From contig NZ_JPOO01000003.1 in assembly GCF_000733925.1 (NCBI RefSeq), positions 1,992,230 to 2,024,229 on the forward strand: a stretch of 32,000 nt of DNA. Reading direction: 5' to 3'. The translations under genes and the position numbers were made by a program. Positions 9,108 through 18,330 of this stretch are shown here, piece by piece. Origin of the DNA: Arenibacter algicola. GTDB taxonomy: Bacteria > Bacteroidota > Bacteroidia > Flavobacteriales > Flavobacteriaceae. The notes under the pieces were generated by a model. The model ran no database searches and was not told the DNA's origin. It was given only the letters and a program-made list of their open reading frames with translations. Each line of letters opens with the position of its first letter. Positions within the stretch are counted from its first letter, which is position 1.

Positions 9108-10541
9108 TCAATGAAAACCCGGCATTGGTAAATTAAGATCGGCATTTTCCAAGATCAGTACCCAATCCTGCCCTCTTCCAGAAGTAGGCGGCTTATAGGT
9201 CTGAATACCATCGGTGTCCGATGTGCCCAAATGATGGGACACACCATATCTGGGATCGTACCAAATAGCCTTTTTATTTAAACCTGAAATCATTCCCTTG
9301 TCCACCGTAAAGGCCTTCCCACTGGGGGTATAGATCATTGCAAAAGAGGCATCCAGTGCCAATACCGCCCTTATGGGCTCACCATTTATTTCCATGCTAT
9401 TTTTGATCAACTCGGGCTTGGGAGTCAATTTAGAAAAGGAACGTGCCTCCATTAAGGTTTTAAGATGTTTCATTTGAAAGGCCCCAGGATGGTCCAAGGC
9501 ATCTTTCCACGGTATTGCGGCCCCAATAATTGGACTATTATCCGGCGAATACATCTGCCAAATATTATTATTCCCATAGGTATGTCCGCAAGCCCCTGCA
9601 AAAACAGACCAATAGGCCGCCTGCCGTGCGTCATAATCGTCAAAGCGATCCTTTGGATCCGTACCTTTAAAATAAAACCCTACCGGTATACTTTCGTATC
9701 TCGGTTCTCCGTCCAAGGTCGGTTTCATGGGCTCTAAAGCATAATCATGCTCCGCATAAAGTCCGTTGTCATGCCCATGTTGACCATGGGAAGATTGATA
9801 CATATTAAAATCAAGCCACTCGGCATCATGAAAATAATCCGACGACATTCCGGGTCCCCTGGGATGGAAAGTGATAAGCTGTTGGTCATTACTTCCCTGC
9901 TTCAGCCCTAGCGCCATTGCCTCCACAATTTTGCGATCATTTTCCGTTCGTATATTTCTATCTCCACCCAATATCCAAATAACAGGTTTGCCCTTATATC
10001 TTTTCCCTAAAAACAGTCCAAATTCCTCAGCACTTTCTGCTGTAAAAATGATGTCCTTTTCACTTAGGGAACTCCAATAACTTCCCCAGGTGGGAAGCAT
10101 TCCCATAACCAATCCCAAAGAACTTGCCTTATCCACTATGGCGTCTACATGCTTAAAATAAGCCTCATTGGGTCTTTTTGGGTCTTTATTGAATAAGGGC
10201 AGGTCCCCATTGGCATTAGGAACGGAAATACCGTTCAGTTCTGATAAAATAACTGCCTGTATAACCGTAAAACCTTTATCTGCCCTATTATTTAGATAAT
10301 GATCTGCCTCCTTCATATCCAGTCTATGAAACAACTCCCAAGCGGTATCTCCCAGGTAGAAGAATGGTGTGCCATCTGATTTTTTAATAAATCTGCCGTT
10401 ATCACTTATTTGAAGGGATTGCCCAATAACGGATTGAAAATGCAAAAACACCAAAACCAGTTTAACATAAAAAAGTAGTTTTCCCATAACATTACCTAGT
10501 AGAATTTTGTAATAACCTCCTAATATCTGAAAATTAAACAT
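9108..10541 (-). CDS. DUF4038 / GH140-like glycoside hydrolase with C-terminal collagen-binding-like beta domain
   Basis: 477 aa. The N-terminal signature DGTPFFYLGDTAWELFHRLDMKEADHYLNNRADKGFTVIQAVILSELNG matches what I recall of DUF4038 (the GH140 apiosidase family). The C-terminus ends ...GRGQDWVLILE. The signal peptide fits better from M19 (ATG at 10487: MGKLLFYVKLVLVFLHFQSVIGQ). Confidence 0.75.
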   Translation of the reverse strand: MFNFQILGGYYKILLGNVMGKLLFYVKLVLVFLHFQSVIGQSLQISDNGRFIKKSDGTPFFYLGDTAWELFHRLDMKEADHYLNNRADKGFTVIQAVILSELNGISVPNANGDLPLFNKDPKRPNEAYFKHVDAIVDKASSLGLVMGMLPTWGSYWSSLSEKDIIFTAESAEEFGLFLGKRYKGKPVIWILGGDRNIRTENDRKIVEAMALGLKQGSNDQQLITFHPRGPGMSSDYFHDAEWLDFNMYQSSHGQHGHDNGLYAEHDYALEPMKPTLDGEPRYESIPVGFYFKGTDPKDRFDDYDARQAAYWSVFAGACGHTYGNNNIWQMYSPDNSPIIGAAIPWKDALDHPGAFQMKHLKTLMEARSFSKLTPKPELIKNSMEINGEPIRAVLALDASFAMIYTPSGKAFTVDKGMISGLNKKAIWYDPRYGVSHHLGTSDTDGIQTYKPPTSGRGQDWVLILENADLNLPMPGFH

Positions 10542-10566
10542 TTATTATACAATAAGTGCATAATCC

Positions 10567-10574
10567 CAAAAATA
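10567..10574 (-). promoter_or_regulatory. Candidate -7 promoter box TATTTTTG (TAnnTTTG) upstream of the GH140-like gene
   Basis: Plus-strand caaaaata at 10567-10574 reads TATTTTTG on the minus strand, 26 nt upstream of the first ATG (10541). I saw no clear -33 TTTG. Confidence 0.3.
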
Positions 10575-10825
10575 TAAGTCCCCAGTTATTAGAAAAATTT
10601 CGGTACATACTTTTCAATAGGATTGTCCCAGCCAAAAAAACAACACTTTTTAATAGCCTATTTTTAAGTCATTGGTTTACTTGCCACAATCATCCTAAGG
10701 CTAAGGGCATGGGAATTTTAATTTTTCCTGCCGCCATTAAGACCAACCCTTCCCAACTAATTTATTAGTAATTGTTTCCATCACTCAAATAGGCGGGCAA
10801 GTAGTATCTGTGCACTACTCTTAGG

Positions 10826-12943
10826 TTAATTTTTAGGTTTAAAAAATGCATTGGCCGGAATAGTTTCCCGTTCCAGGCTTGGACCGCTCCATTCCAATTT
10901 CAGGGATGATTTTCCCTTCCTAGGGCTCTTGTAGTAAATCCTATAAGGATGAAGTCCGGCTTTTAGTTTAATGCTTCCGCTTTTGGGCGAGTTTTGAAAA
11001 TATTCATAATCGGCATCAACTACTGCTGCATCGTGGATCCTAAGAAATGCCGCCGAATTTGCCGACATGTAAAAGGTATAATCACCGTCCGAAGGGACTC
11101 GGATATACCCCTCAAAGAACATGGCCCCGGAGCCATTACCGACATTTATCACACCGTTTAGCTGATCTACCTTACCTGTTTCAAACTGGTATAGCGTGGC
11201 CACTTCAGGTACCCAAGGAAAATCGCCCTTAAAGGCCTTCCACTGAATGCCGCTTTTCATTTCCCCTTCTGGTATAGAAGGAACTGGAACATCATCATAT
11301 GGTCTTAAAGCAGTACTATTTGGAATTCGGGACCCTAGGACCTTGTCCTTCATCTTTTGCTGCAAACTAGCAAGTTTAGGATCCTTGGCCAAATTTTGGG
11401 TCTGCTGTGGGTCCTTTAAAACATCATAAATTTCAAAAGGATCGTTATGCGATTTGATGTCGTAACGCAGTCCAACATAATTTTCAATGCGTACCATCTG
11501 CATTTGATTACGTGCACGTCCTTGATGTTCCGGTATAAAATCTGCATAGTCCGGTGTCTTTCCCGGCTGAAAGTACTCTATATAAATATTGCTCTCGGGC
11601 TGTGTTCCTTTTCCTAGTAAGGAAGGTAATAAGGATACCCCATCCGAAATAGCAGGTGCAGGAAGTCCAGCCATTTGCGCAAAAGTGGGCATCCAATCAT
11701 AGGAAATACTAGGAGTTTCAATATGGTTACCTGCCGGGATATTCCCTGGCCATAATGCCAATGTTGGCATTCGTACTCCCCCCTCCAAACAATCGCGCTT
11801 TATTCCATCGAAAGGCCCATAACTCTTAAAAAATGTGGGATCTATAGGTTCATTGGCCAAATAGGATTCCTTGGACGGGCCATTGTCCGAGGTAAATACC
11901 ACCATGGTATTTTCATCAATTTTTAAATCCTTGAGCAGTTGCAGTATATCGCCCACTGCATCATCTATCCGCCTAGTGTCCGTAGCATAACGCTTATACA
12001 CCTCTGGCCAGGCCAATTGTGCTGTTGCGGGATCCCCGTCATCGTCATAGGTGGCATTGGCATAATCTGGATGCATCCAAGAATCCACTTCTCCCAAAGC
12101 GGTATTGATCATTTTCCCCGGCTCTCCCAACCATTGCAGTCCGCCATTCAATCCACCACCTGCCGGATAGGCCTGGGTAGGCAACTCAAGAACGGCATGG
12201 GGCGTATCATAGGCCAGATACATAAAAAAGGGTTTGTCGGCATCCTCACTTTTTTTAAAATCAACGATCCATTTCTTAGCAGCGGCCGTAAATAAGTCTG
12301 TAGTGTAACACTTGTCAAGGTCATCGGCTATATTAACCCTATTTTCATACACCTCTTTCTTGCCTCTATAAATGCCTTCTTTGGGATAGTGTTCATGGCC
12401 ATCACCATGGCGTATATACCCCAAGTAATAGTCGAATCCTCTATTAAGGGGGTGTGCCGTCCAGTTAGGTGCCTTGCCTCCCTTGCCCTGCAAGCCCCAT
12501 TTGCCTATGGCCGCTGTGGTATAGCCCGCGGTCTGCAATACCGACCCCAAGGTATGGTTATTGTCCAAGGCCTTGTCAAACTGATTGTCCCTGATATTGG
12601 CATGACCCTGACTACGGCCCAATAACAGCGAGGCCCTGGATGGTGCACATACCGGGGCGGCGGAATAATGCTGCGACATCAAGGCGCCTTCAGCTGCCAT
12701 TTGATCCAGATTGGGCGTATACTCCCGTGGATGCGCCGCCCCTTTTTCCTTGGCCTTCATATTCTGAAAAAGTACCCCCAGATCCCCATAACCCAAATCG
12801 TCGGTAAGGATAAAAATGATATTGGGCTTTTTGTTTTCCCTATCAACTTCCGCTGTTACATTGCTTTGGGCAATTAGCCTATTTATGCCCACAATGAGCA
12901 TTAGGGCGAATATAATTTTTGAAGTCACTGTTTTATGAAGCAT
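10826..12943 (-). CDS. Cys-type (formylglycine) S1 sulfatase fused to a C-terminal PA14 domain
   Basis: 705 aa with a signal peptide. NIIFILTDDLGYGDLG metal-binding start and a CAPSRASLLLGR FGly motif (Cys99). The last roughly 140 aa read GYIRVPSDGDYTFYMSANSAAFLRIHDAAVVDAD...LKAGLHPYRIYY...LKLEWSGP, a classic PA14 pattern. Confidence 0.9.
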   Translation of the reverse strand: MLHKTVTSKIIFALMLIVGINRLIAQSNVTAEVDRENKKPNIIFILTDDLGYGDLGVLFQNMKAKEKGAAHPREYTPNLDQMAAEGALMSQHYSAAPVCAPSRASLLLGRSQGHANIRDNQFDKALDNNHTLGSVLQTAGYTTAAIGKWGLQGKGGKAPNWTAHPLNRGFDYYLGYIRHGDGHEHYPKEGIYRGKKEVYENRVNIADDLDKCYTTDLFTAAAKKWIVDFKKSEDADKPFFMYLAYDTPHAVLELPTQAYPAGGGLNGGLQWLGEPGKMINTALGEVDSWMHPDYANATYDDDGDPATAQLAWPEVYKRYATDTRRIDDAVGDILQLLKDLKIDENTMVVFTSDNGPSKESYLANEPIDPTFFKSYGPFDGIKRDCLEGGVRMPTLALWPGNIPAGNHIETPSISYDWMPTFAQMAGLPAPAISDGVSLLPSLLGKGTQPESNIYIEYFQPGKTPDYADFIPEHQGRARNQMQMVRIENYVGLRYDIKSHNDPFEIYDVLKDPQQTQNLAKDPKLASLQQKMKDKVLGSRIPNSTALRPYDDVPVPSIPEGEMKSGIQWKAFKGDFPWVPEVATLYQFETGKVDQLNGVINVGNGSGAMFFEGYIRVPSDGDYTFYMSANSAAFLRIHDAAVVDADYEYFQNSPKSGSIKLKAGLHPYRIYYKSPRKGKSSLKLEWSGPSLERETIPANAFFKPKN

Positions 12944-12993
12944 GAGCGGTTTATTTTTCTTGTCCGATTAAAAATGGTTTGGGCAAATTAGCA

Positions 12994-14538
12994 TTAATCT
13001 GCTTTATTGAAAACAAATGTGGTCAGCGATTTACCTAAGACCTGTATTTTACTTTTTCCAAATTGAGCATCTGGCATTTTACTAAGATTGTAAGATTCAC
13101 TGGTAACATAACTCTCGATTTTGGAATTTGATGGTATGTCTATATTTAATTCTAAATGCACAGCAGCAACCTGTTGATTAACTACAACCAGTACTATACT
13201 GTCATCAGCATTTTTATAGGCGGATAGCAACACCCCATCCTTTAGGTTTTCCTCTGTACTATAATTATCGTAGGTAACCGAGATCCTTTTGGCCCCGGGC
13301 CTGATGAATCTAGAGTAATTGCCAAAGGCCCATAGCAATTTTGAGCCGTAGAAATTCCCATCCTCACTTTCCTTATCAACATAAATAAGTCCATCCTTAA
13401 AGTCGTAAGGACTCATAGCCAACCACCAGTGCCAAGCACTGGCATTCGCAATAGTAAGATCGGCATGGATGAGGCGGGCTACATATAGCGCCGTGGGCAT
13501 GCCCAGATCCCTGCCTTTTCCCTTAATCTCCTCATTGTTCTCCAAAATGCAGTATTCGCTCATCCAATATTCCAAGGAAGGGTATTCCCCTAATTTTTCG
13601 ATTATTCGTTCCCTTTCCTTTTTAAGCTTCGATATATCCCAGGTAGTAAAATAACTATGGGCCGCGATCTTTGGTGCTACGGATTTTAGATCCCCCACAT
13701 AATTAGGACTTTCAGGACTAAAAAAAGATGCTATCTGATCGCTTCTATTAGGATGCTTTTCTTTATCCCCTGTTAAATAGTCAATTTGACCGGCTTCGGT
13801 AATTTCTATTTTGGAATCTATTTTCTGTTGAGCGAAAACGGAATCGATTACCCTTGTGGCATTGGCCAATTCATTATTGTTCCAAGGGGAACCTTCCTGT
13901 CCGCCTTTCCATTCCCATTGTGGTTCATTGAACGGACTTATATAATCAAAATCTACTGTAAGACTGTCCTTAAAATGCTTTAGCACCTTCGCTAGAAAGT
14001 TGGCATAATCCACATAATTGTCCGGGGATAAATTTGCGGCCAAGCCATCATTGGAATGTGCCTTATTGTTTCTGGTCATTTGTATGGGCGGACTATTGAC
14101 AAATGCAATGAATTGATTTACGCCACTTTCCTTTGCCGCCTGAAGAAACCACTGTTGCCCTGCCTGCTTTTGCCAATTGTAACTTCCGTCATCCTGTAAA
14201 AAGCCCTCGGCTCTTCTCCATGGATCCTTTATGCAACTTTCTTCAGCTTGGGCCGTACTTCCTGCCCCGATATTAAATCGCCAGGCAGACAAACCGATTC
14301 CTCTTGGTGATCCATCCGGATTATTTTCCTTACTAAACAACCACTCGGCCATTTGTTCCTTTTTTTTATGGGGCCATAAACCCGTATACTGTGCGGCCCA
14401 TGCATCGGAGGCCGCAAAATTGTAAATGGTCTGGAAATGGATATTCTTATTTATGCAAACTTCAATAGCCAGGTCTTGCTGTGCACCCGCCCAATTAAAG
14501 GCGCAACAAAGGAAATATATATTCAACCAATTTTTCAT
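12994..14538 (-). CDS. GH30-like (clan GH-A) glycoside hydrolase with C-terminal beta-sandwich
   Basis: 514 aa with a signal peptide ending AGAQQ. FQTIYNFAASDAWAAQ near the N-terminus. A candidate acid/base residue lies in SPFNEPQWEW and a candidate nucleophile in YWMSEYC. The C-terminal beta-sandwich ends ...SLTTFVF. The subfamily cannot be assigned by eye. Confidence 0.65.
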   Translation of the reverse strand: MKNWLNIYFLCCAFNWAGAQQDLAIEVCINKNIHFQTIYNFAASDAWAAQYTGLWPHKKKEQMAEWLFSKENNPDGSPRGIGLSAWRFNIGAGSTAQAEESCIKDPWRRAEGFLQDDGSYNWQKQAGQQWFLQAAKESGVNQFIAFVNSPPIQMTRNNKAHSNDGLAANLSPDNYVDYANFLAKVLKHFKDSLTVDFDYISPFNEPQWEWKGGQEGSPWNNNELANATRVIDSVFAQQKIDSKIEITEAGQIDYLTGDKEKHPNRSDQIASFFSPESPNYVGDLKSVAPKIAAHSYFTTWDISKLKKERERIIEKLGEYPSLEYWMSEYCILENNEEIKGKGRDLGMPTALYVARLIHADLTIANASAWHWWLAMSPYDFKDGLIYVDKESEDGNFYGSKLLWAFGNYSRFIRPGAKRISVTYDNYSTEENLKDGVLLSAYKNADDSIVLVVVNQQVAAVHLELNIDIPSNSKIESYVTSESYNLSKMPDAQFGKSKIQVLGKSLTTFVFNKAD

Positions 14539-14640
14539 CTCTGCTATTTATGGATTTTATAGTAGAAAAAAATACCCCTTTTCATCCTTACCAGCTGGCA
14601 TACATCTATGAATCGGGATAACACAAATTAATAAAAAGAA

Positions 14641-14659
14641 CCCTATGCAAATGATAGGG
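14641..14659 (-). terminator. Weak terminator-like hairpin downstream of the sulfatase at 14699-16189
   Basis: ccctat / ataggg 6-bp stem with a 7-nt loop. On the minus strand it is followed by TTCTTTTTATT. The short stem keeps confidence low. Confidence 0.3.
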
Positions 14660-14698
14660 CCCTTTAAAAACTAAACTAATCTAACTACTAACTATTTT

Positions 14699-16189
14699 TT
14701 ATTCTACACTTAAATAGGTACCTTGATCAAAAGTAAACACTTCGGAAGGTGTCCTAGCTTCCTTAAAAAGCAATTTCATTTCGGCTACTATTTCCGGATA
14801 ATCCTTGGCAATATTGTTCTCTTCTCCCAGATCGGCATCCAGATCATAAAGTTCCATCTGATCTTCGGTCGATTCAAAAACATTATACTTTACAGCTTTC
14901 CAATTGCCTTTTCTAATAGCTTGTCTGCCGCCTTTCTCATGAAACTCCCAATACAAATATTCGTGTTCCTTTTGCTCTTTTTCCTCTCCCAAAAGGGTAG
15001 GCAAAAAGGAAACACCATCTAAAGAAGGAGGTACTTCCATATTTGCAATACCTGCAAATGTTGGAAATATGTCCCAGAATGCAGAAACGTGATCTGTTCT
15101 GGTATTTGGTTTAACATGTCCTGGCCACTTAACTATAAGGGGAACCCGGATTCCTCCTTCATAAAGATCCCGTTTGGTTCCCTTAAATGGACCGTTGCTA
15201 TTAAAATAATCAGGATCGGCACCACCTTCAGTGTGTGGACCGTTGTCCGAGGTAAACATAACTATGGTATTGTCGGCAATGCCCAACTGTTCCAATTTGG
15301 CCATGATCTCCCCAACTTGATTGTCCAATATATGAATCATAGACACAAATGCGGCATGGGTTTCTTTCTGTGATTCGTAAGGACCATTTCTGTATTCCGG
15401 TCCATCATCCACCCCTTCATAAGCTTTTTCTGGAGGAAATTTACCCCTGTATTTTTCCATGATTTCCTCTGGAGCTGCAAGCTCTGCATGTGGTATAATA
15501 GATGCTACATAAAGAAAGAAGGGATTATCCTTATTGAACTCTATAAAATCGAGCGTTTTTTCATGTATTAGTTGTGGTGCATAAATCCCTTTCTTTGTTC
15601 CTGCATTTTCTTCCAGAACTAAAGAGTCCGTATTGGCCCATAGGTGGCGGGGGTAGTAATTATGCCCCAAGCGTTGGCAATTGTATCCAAAAAAAGTATC
15701 GAAACCTTGGTTCAATGGATCCCCTTCCGAACCTGGATATCCTAGCCCCCATTTACCAAAAACTCCAGTGGCATAGCCAGCTTTTTTCATGGCCTCCGCC
15801 AAGGTGTAGGTATTATCGGGTATGGGATACTGCCCCTCTGGTTGTATTTCCTTATTGCCACGTACAAAGGTATGTCCTGTGTGCATACCAGTCAACAATG
15901 CAGATCTAGACGGAGCACATACCGTACTACCGGAATAATGTTCGGTAAAAAGCATTCCTTGCCTGGCTAATTTATCTATGTTGGGTGTTGTAAACTTTTG
16001 CTGTCCATAGGCACTTAAATCCCCATAACCCAAGTCATCGGCCAAGATGTAAATAATATTGGGTTTGGCTACATTTTCCTGAGTGCTGTCTGTTTTGGAG
16101 GCCTCAGTTAGCTGACCTTTGTTTTTGCATGCAAATGCACAGGAAATAAGGAATATAAGTAATCCTAAATGGAGAAATTTTTTAGTCAT
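14699..16189 (-). CDS. Cys-type S1 sulfatase (arylsulfatase A / GalNAc-6-sulfatase-like)
   Basis: 496 aa with a signal/lipoprotein-like N-terminus (LLIFLISCAFAC). NIIYILADDLGYGDLSAYG, CAPSRSALLTGMH and MFTSDNGP motifs. Confidence 0.92.
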   Translation of the reverse strand: MTKKFLHLGLLIFLISCAFACKNKGQLTEASKTDSTQENVAKPNIIYILADDLGYGDLSAYGQQKFTTPNIDKLARQGMLFTEHYSGSTVCAPSRSALLTGMHTGHTFVRGNKEIQPEGQYPIPDNTYTLAEAMKKAGYATGVFGKWGLGYPGSEGDPLNQGFDTFFGYNCQRLGHNYYPRHLWANTDSLVLEENAGTKKGIYAPQLIHEKTLDFIEFNKDNPFFLYVASIIPHAELAAPEEIMEKYRGKFPPEKAYEGVDDGPEYRNGPYESQKETHAAFVSMIHILDNQVGEIMAKLEQLGIADNTIVMFTSDNGPHTEGGADPDYFNSNGPFKGTKRDLYEGGIRVPLIVKWPGHVKPNTRTDHVSAFWDIFPTFAGIANMEVPPSLDGVSFLPTLLGEEKEQKEHEYLYWEFHEKGGRQAIRKGNWKAVKYNVFESTEDQMELYDLDADLGEENNIAKDYPEIVAEMKLLFKEARTPSEVFTFDQGTYLSVE

Positions 16190-16201
16190 GGTGTTATTAT
16201 C

Positions 16202-16240
16202 AATTACATTGGGGCAAGAATACCTAACCCCAAAGTAATT
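16202..16240. promoter_or_regulatory. 13-bp-arm inverted repeat in the divergent sulfatase promoter region
   Basis: AATTACATTGGGG (16202-16214) and CCCCAAAGTAATT (16228-16240) are reverse complements at 12 of 13 positions, with a 13-nt spacer. It lies 13-51 nt upstream of the minus-strand sulfatase ATG and 55 nt upstream of the plus-strand sulfatase ATG. Confidence 0.4.
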
Positions 16241-16294
16241 AAAAATTATGCTACTACCTATGGACTTATTATATTTAACTGGATATAAAGTTAT

Positions 16295-17776
16295 ATGCCA
16301 AATACCTTCCTAAATATGAAGCACTCAATACATCACGCCATTATTGTCGTTTTGGCAATAATCTATTCCATACACTCCTGCAAATCCCCCAAAGAGAACG
16401 AGCCAAACAAGGCTCTTCCCAATATAGTTCTAATAAATGTAGATGATTTGGGCTGGAAGGATTTAGGGTTTATGGGCAGTGAGTATTATGAAACACCCCA
16501 TTTGGACGCTTTGGCAAAAGAAGGTATGGTATTTTACAATGCTTACGCAGGAGCTGCAAATTGCGCCCCCAGCCGCGCCTGCCTCCTATCCGGACTTAAT
16601 ACTCCGCGTCACGGCGTTTATACTGTGAGCCCTTCGGATAGAGGCAATCCAAAGACACGAAAACTTATTCCAATAAAAAACACAGACCACCTAAATGACA
16701 GCATATACACACTCCCCCACATGCTAAAGTCGGCCGGATATATTACCGGAAGTTTCGGGAAATGGCACGTAGGGAACGACCCTAAAGAACAGGGGATAGA
16801 TGTAAATGTTGGCGGAAGTGCCAGAGGAAACCCAGGAAGCGGGGGCTACTTTTCGCCATATAAAATAGATCATATCACCAATGGCCCCGATGGGGAGTAT
16901 TTAACGGACCGCATTACCAAAGAGGCCATCTCTTTTGTAGAAAAATACAAGGACACCACCTTTTTTCTCTACCTCCCCTACTATACCGTACATACCCCAA
17001 TTATGGGGAAAGAGGAACTGATTGAAAAATTTAAGGACAAAAAGGGATCCAATGGACAAAATAGGGCCGATTATGCCGCTATGGTGGCCTCTATGGATGA
17101 AAACGTGGGCAAACTACTTTCCACACTAAAAGCAAACGGACTGGAAAAGAATACTTTGGTAATATTTACCTCGGACAATGGTGGAATCAGGGCCATATCC
17201 GAACAAAACCCCTTACGTGCAGGAAAAGGTTCTTATTATGAAGGAGGAATACGCGTACCTTTACTGATAAAATGGCCTGGAAAAATAGAACCCAATTCCA
17301 GCTCTGCCACCCGTGTAAGTAATCTGGACTTTTACCCCACCCTACAAAATATTGTAAGCCCAGAGAAAAAGGCTCTGCTACTGGACGGAATTGACCTTAA
17401 ACCCATTTTTGAGGACAAAACCCAAGTGGAAAGGGACCTATTCTTTCATTTTCCTATCTACCTTCAGGAATACCAGGGTTTACAGGATGGTAGTCGCGAC
17501 CCATTGTTCCGTACCCGTCCTGGCTCAGTAGTTATTTCGGGTGATTGGAAACTGCATGAATATTTTGAAGACGGCGCGTTGGAACTTTACCATTTAATAG
17601 ATGACCCAAGTGAAGAAAATAATGTTGCCGAACAAAATCCGGATAAAACACAGGAACTCCGTAAGAAATTAATGGAATGGCGTGCCACAACCAATGCCAA
17701 GGTTCCAAGCCAAAGCAATCCAGAATACGATGCCGCTTTTGAACAACAGAAAATCAAAGAAAAAAGTCTGCGATAA
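16295..17776 (+). CDS. Cys-type S1 sulfatase
   Basis: 493 aa. NIVLINVDDLGWKDLGFMG, CAPSRACLLSGLNTPRHG and IFTSDNGG motifs. An alternative start at M8 (16316) gives the signal MKHSIHHAIIVVLAIIYSIHSC. Confidence 0.92.
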   Translation: MPNTFLNMKHSIHHAIIVVLAIIYSIHSCKSPKENEPNKALPNIVLINVDDLGWKDLGFMGSEYYETPHLDALAKEGMVFYNAYAGAANCAPSRACLLSGLNTPRHGVYTVSPSDRGNPKTRKLIPIKNTDHLNDSIYTLPHMLKSAGYITGSFGKWHVGNDPKEQGIDVNVGGSARGNPGSGGYFSPYKIDHITNGPDGEYLTDRITKEAISFVEKYKDTTFFLYLPYYTVHTPIMGKEELIEKFKDKKGSNGQNRADYAAMVASMDENVGKLLSTLKANGLEKNTLVIFTSDNGGIRAISEQNPLRAGKGSYYEGGIRVPLLIKWPGKIEPNSSSATRVSNLDFYPTLQNIVSPEKKALLLDGIDLKPIFEDKTQVERDLFFHFPIYLQEYQGLQDGSRDPLFRTRPGSVVISGDWKLHEYFEDGALELYHLIDDPSEENNVAEQNPDKTQELRKKLMEWRATTNAKVPSQSNPEYDAAFEQQKIKEKSLR

Positions 17777-17853
17777 AAATTCCTACTTTCTAGATTGCAC
17801 GGTCATTTGTTTTAGAAAAGCAATTCATTATCTTAGAAGCTAAACAAATTACC

Positions 17854-18318
17854 ATGCCAACCTACCACCTCAACGTCAACAGTTCCCGAAAAATGGTCGA
17901 GACGGAAGCCGACACCCCTTTACTATATGTCCTACGAGACTATCTGGAACTTAATGGTCCAAAATTTGGTTGTGGACTTGCACAATGTGGGTCGTGCAAA
18001 ATCCTCGTGAACGGAAAGTCCACCAACAGCTGTATGATTCCAATATCCTCTATTGGGGATGCTGAAATAATCACCTTGGAAGGACTTACTACCAATAAAG
18101 GTAAGCTACATGCCGTGCAGCAGGCTTTTGTGGACGAGCAGGCTGCCCAATGCGGTTATTGCCTCAATGGTATGGTGATGACCGCGGTTGGACTTTTAAA
18201 TTCCAACTCAAACCCAGATGAGATGGAAATCAAAACTGCACTGCAGGGTAACCTCTGTCGCTGCGGAACCCATACTAGGATCATCCGAGCTATTAAGACC
18301 GCAGCCAAAAGCCTATAA
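17854..18318 (+). CDS. [2Fe-2S]-binding small subunit of a xanthine-dehydrogenase/aldehyde-oxidase-family molybdoenzyme (IorA-like)
   Basis: 154 aa. Plant-type cluster CGLAQCGSCKILVNG...C, plus a second cluster QCGYCLNGMVM ... NLCRCGTHTRI. No signal peptide. Lies 12 nt upstream of the large-subunit gene. Confidence 0.88.
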   Translation: MPTYHLNVNSSRKMVETEADTPLLYVLRDYLELNGPKFGCGLAQCGSCKILVNGKSTNSCMIPISSIGDAEIITLEGLTTNKGKLHAVQQAFVDEQAAQCGYCLNGMVMTAVGLLNSNSNPDEMEIKTALQGNLCRCGTHTRIIRAIKTAAKSL

Positions 18319-18330
18319 TTTAAATCTGCC

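Noticed and set aside
10556-10768. 70-aa plus-strand ORF in the GH140/sulfatase gap
   Set aside because: It has no recognisable motif or signal. Its orientation opposes all neighbours, and its composition is typical of random AT-rich ORFs.
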